Shown here: piece after piece, positions 62,850 to 64,000 of the stretch | Numbering within the stretch: the first letter of the stretch is position 1 | Layout of the letters: each line of letters opens with the position of its first letter | Source: Squalus acanthias | Lineage: Eukaryota | DNA length: 64,000 nt | Direction of reading: 5' to 3' | NCBI GenBank assembly: GCA_030390025.1 | Contig: CM059425.1 | Location: forward strand, 168,580,001-168,644,000 | The notes under the pieces: model-generated | Told to the model about the DNA's origin: nothing | The model's input: the letters and a program-made list of their open reading frames with translations, nothing else | Database searches by the model: none | Position numbers and translations under genes: made by a program

Positions 62850-64000
62850 ACATATCAAGAAACAGCTGAGCGCACTGGATACAGCAGAGGCTTTGGCCCC
62901 GACAACAACCCAGCTGTCGTGCTGACAATTTGTGCTCCAGAGCTAGCCGCGCCTCTAGCCAAGCTGTTCCAGTACAGCTCCAACACTGGCATCTACCTGA
63001 CAATGTGGAAAACTGCCCAGGTATGTCCTGTCTACAAAAAGCAGGACAAATCCAATCCGGCCAATTACCGCCTCATCAGTCCACTCTCAATCATCAGCAA
63101 AGTGATGGAAGGTATCATCGACTGTGCTATCGAGCGGCATTTATTCACCAATAACCTGCTCACAGATGCTCAGTTTGGGTTCCGCCAGGACCACTCGGCT
63201 CCAGACCTCATTACAGCCTTGATCCAAACATGGACAGAAGAGCTGAATTGCAGAGGTGAGGTGAGAGTGATTGCCCTTGACATCAAGGCAGCATTTGACC
63301 GAGTGTGGCATCAAGGAGCCCTAGTAAAACTGAAGTCAATGGGAATCGGGGGCGGGGGGGGCGGAAATTCTCCACTGGCTAGAGGCATACCTAGCACAAA
63401 GGAAAATGGAGGCCAATCATTTCAGCCCCAGGACATCGCTGCAGGAGTTCCTCAGGGCAGTGTCCTAGGCCCATCCATCTTCAGCTGCTTCATCAGTGAC
63501 CTTCCTTCCATCATATGGTCAGAAGTGAGGATGTTCGCTGATGATTGTGCAATGTTCAGTGCCATTCACAACTCCTCAGATAATGAAGCAGGCCTACCTG
63601 CATGCAGCAAGACCTGGACGGCATTCACGCTTGGACTGATAAGTGGCAAGTAACATTCGTGCCACATAAGTGCCGGGCAATGACCATCTCCAACAAAAGT
63701 GAGTCTAACCACCGCCCCTTGACATTCAACAGCATTACCATCGCCGAATCCCCCACCATCAAAATCCTGGGGATCACCATTGACCAGAAACTTAACTGGA
63801 CCAGCCACATAAATACTGTGGCAACAAGAGCAGGTCAGAGGCTGGGTATTCTGCGGCGAGTGTCTCACCTCCTGATTCCCCAAAGCCTTTCCGCCATCTA
63901 CAAGGCACAAATAAGGAGTGTGATGGAACACTCTCTACTTGCCTGGGTGAGTGCAGCTCCAACAATACTCAAGAAGCTCGACACCATCCAGGACAACGCA
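62850..64000 (+). mobile_element. CR1-clade LINE RT (distinct lineage), runs off the window end
   Basis: CAPELAAPLAKLFQ, NPANYR, AQFGFRQ, ALDIKAAFDRVWH, GVPQGSVLGP and MFADD motifs (62919-63653). Confidence 0.93.

Overview
Eukaryotic, repeat-rich vertebrate DNA, most likely a cartilaginous fish (inferred from CR1 LINEs with SGNH-esterase ORF1, L2 and RTE LINEs, Penelope-like elements and tRNA-derived Deu-domain SacSINE1-like SINEs). No intact host protein-coding gene could be identified, and most listed ORFs are fragments or antisense shadows of decayed transposons. Well over half of the window is transposon-derived, often nested. Main items: (1) a Penelope-like insertion with a TSD, inverted pseudo-LTRs and a minimal hammerhead ribozyme whose predicted cleavage site coincides with the inversion boundary; (2) a decayed two-gene Harbinger transposon; (3) a 947-bp solo LTR containing a 74-nt near-perfect palindrome; (4) a 1.9-kb non-autonomous hAT element with an 8-bp TSD; (5) a MITE family whose internal hairpins keep position but not sequence; (6) three splice-site-bounded candidate exons in unique DNA near 42.5-43.5 kb. 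I found no evidence for a wholly new multi-gene system. Boundaries are approximate unless a TSD or TIR is cited.
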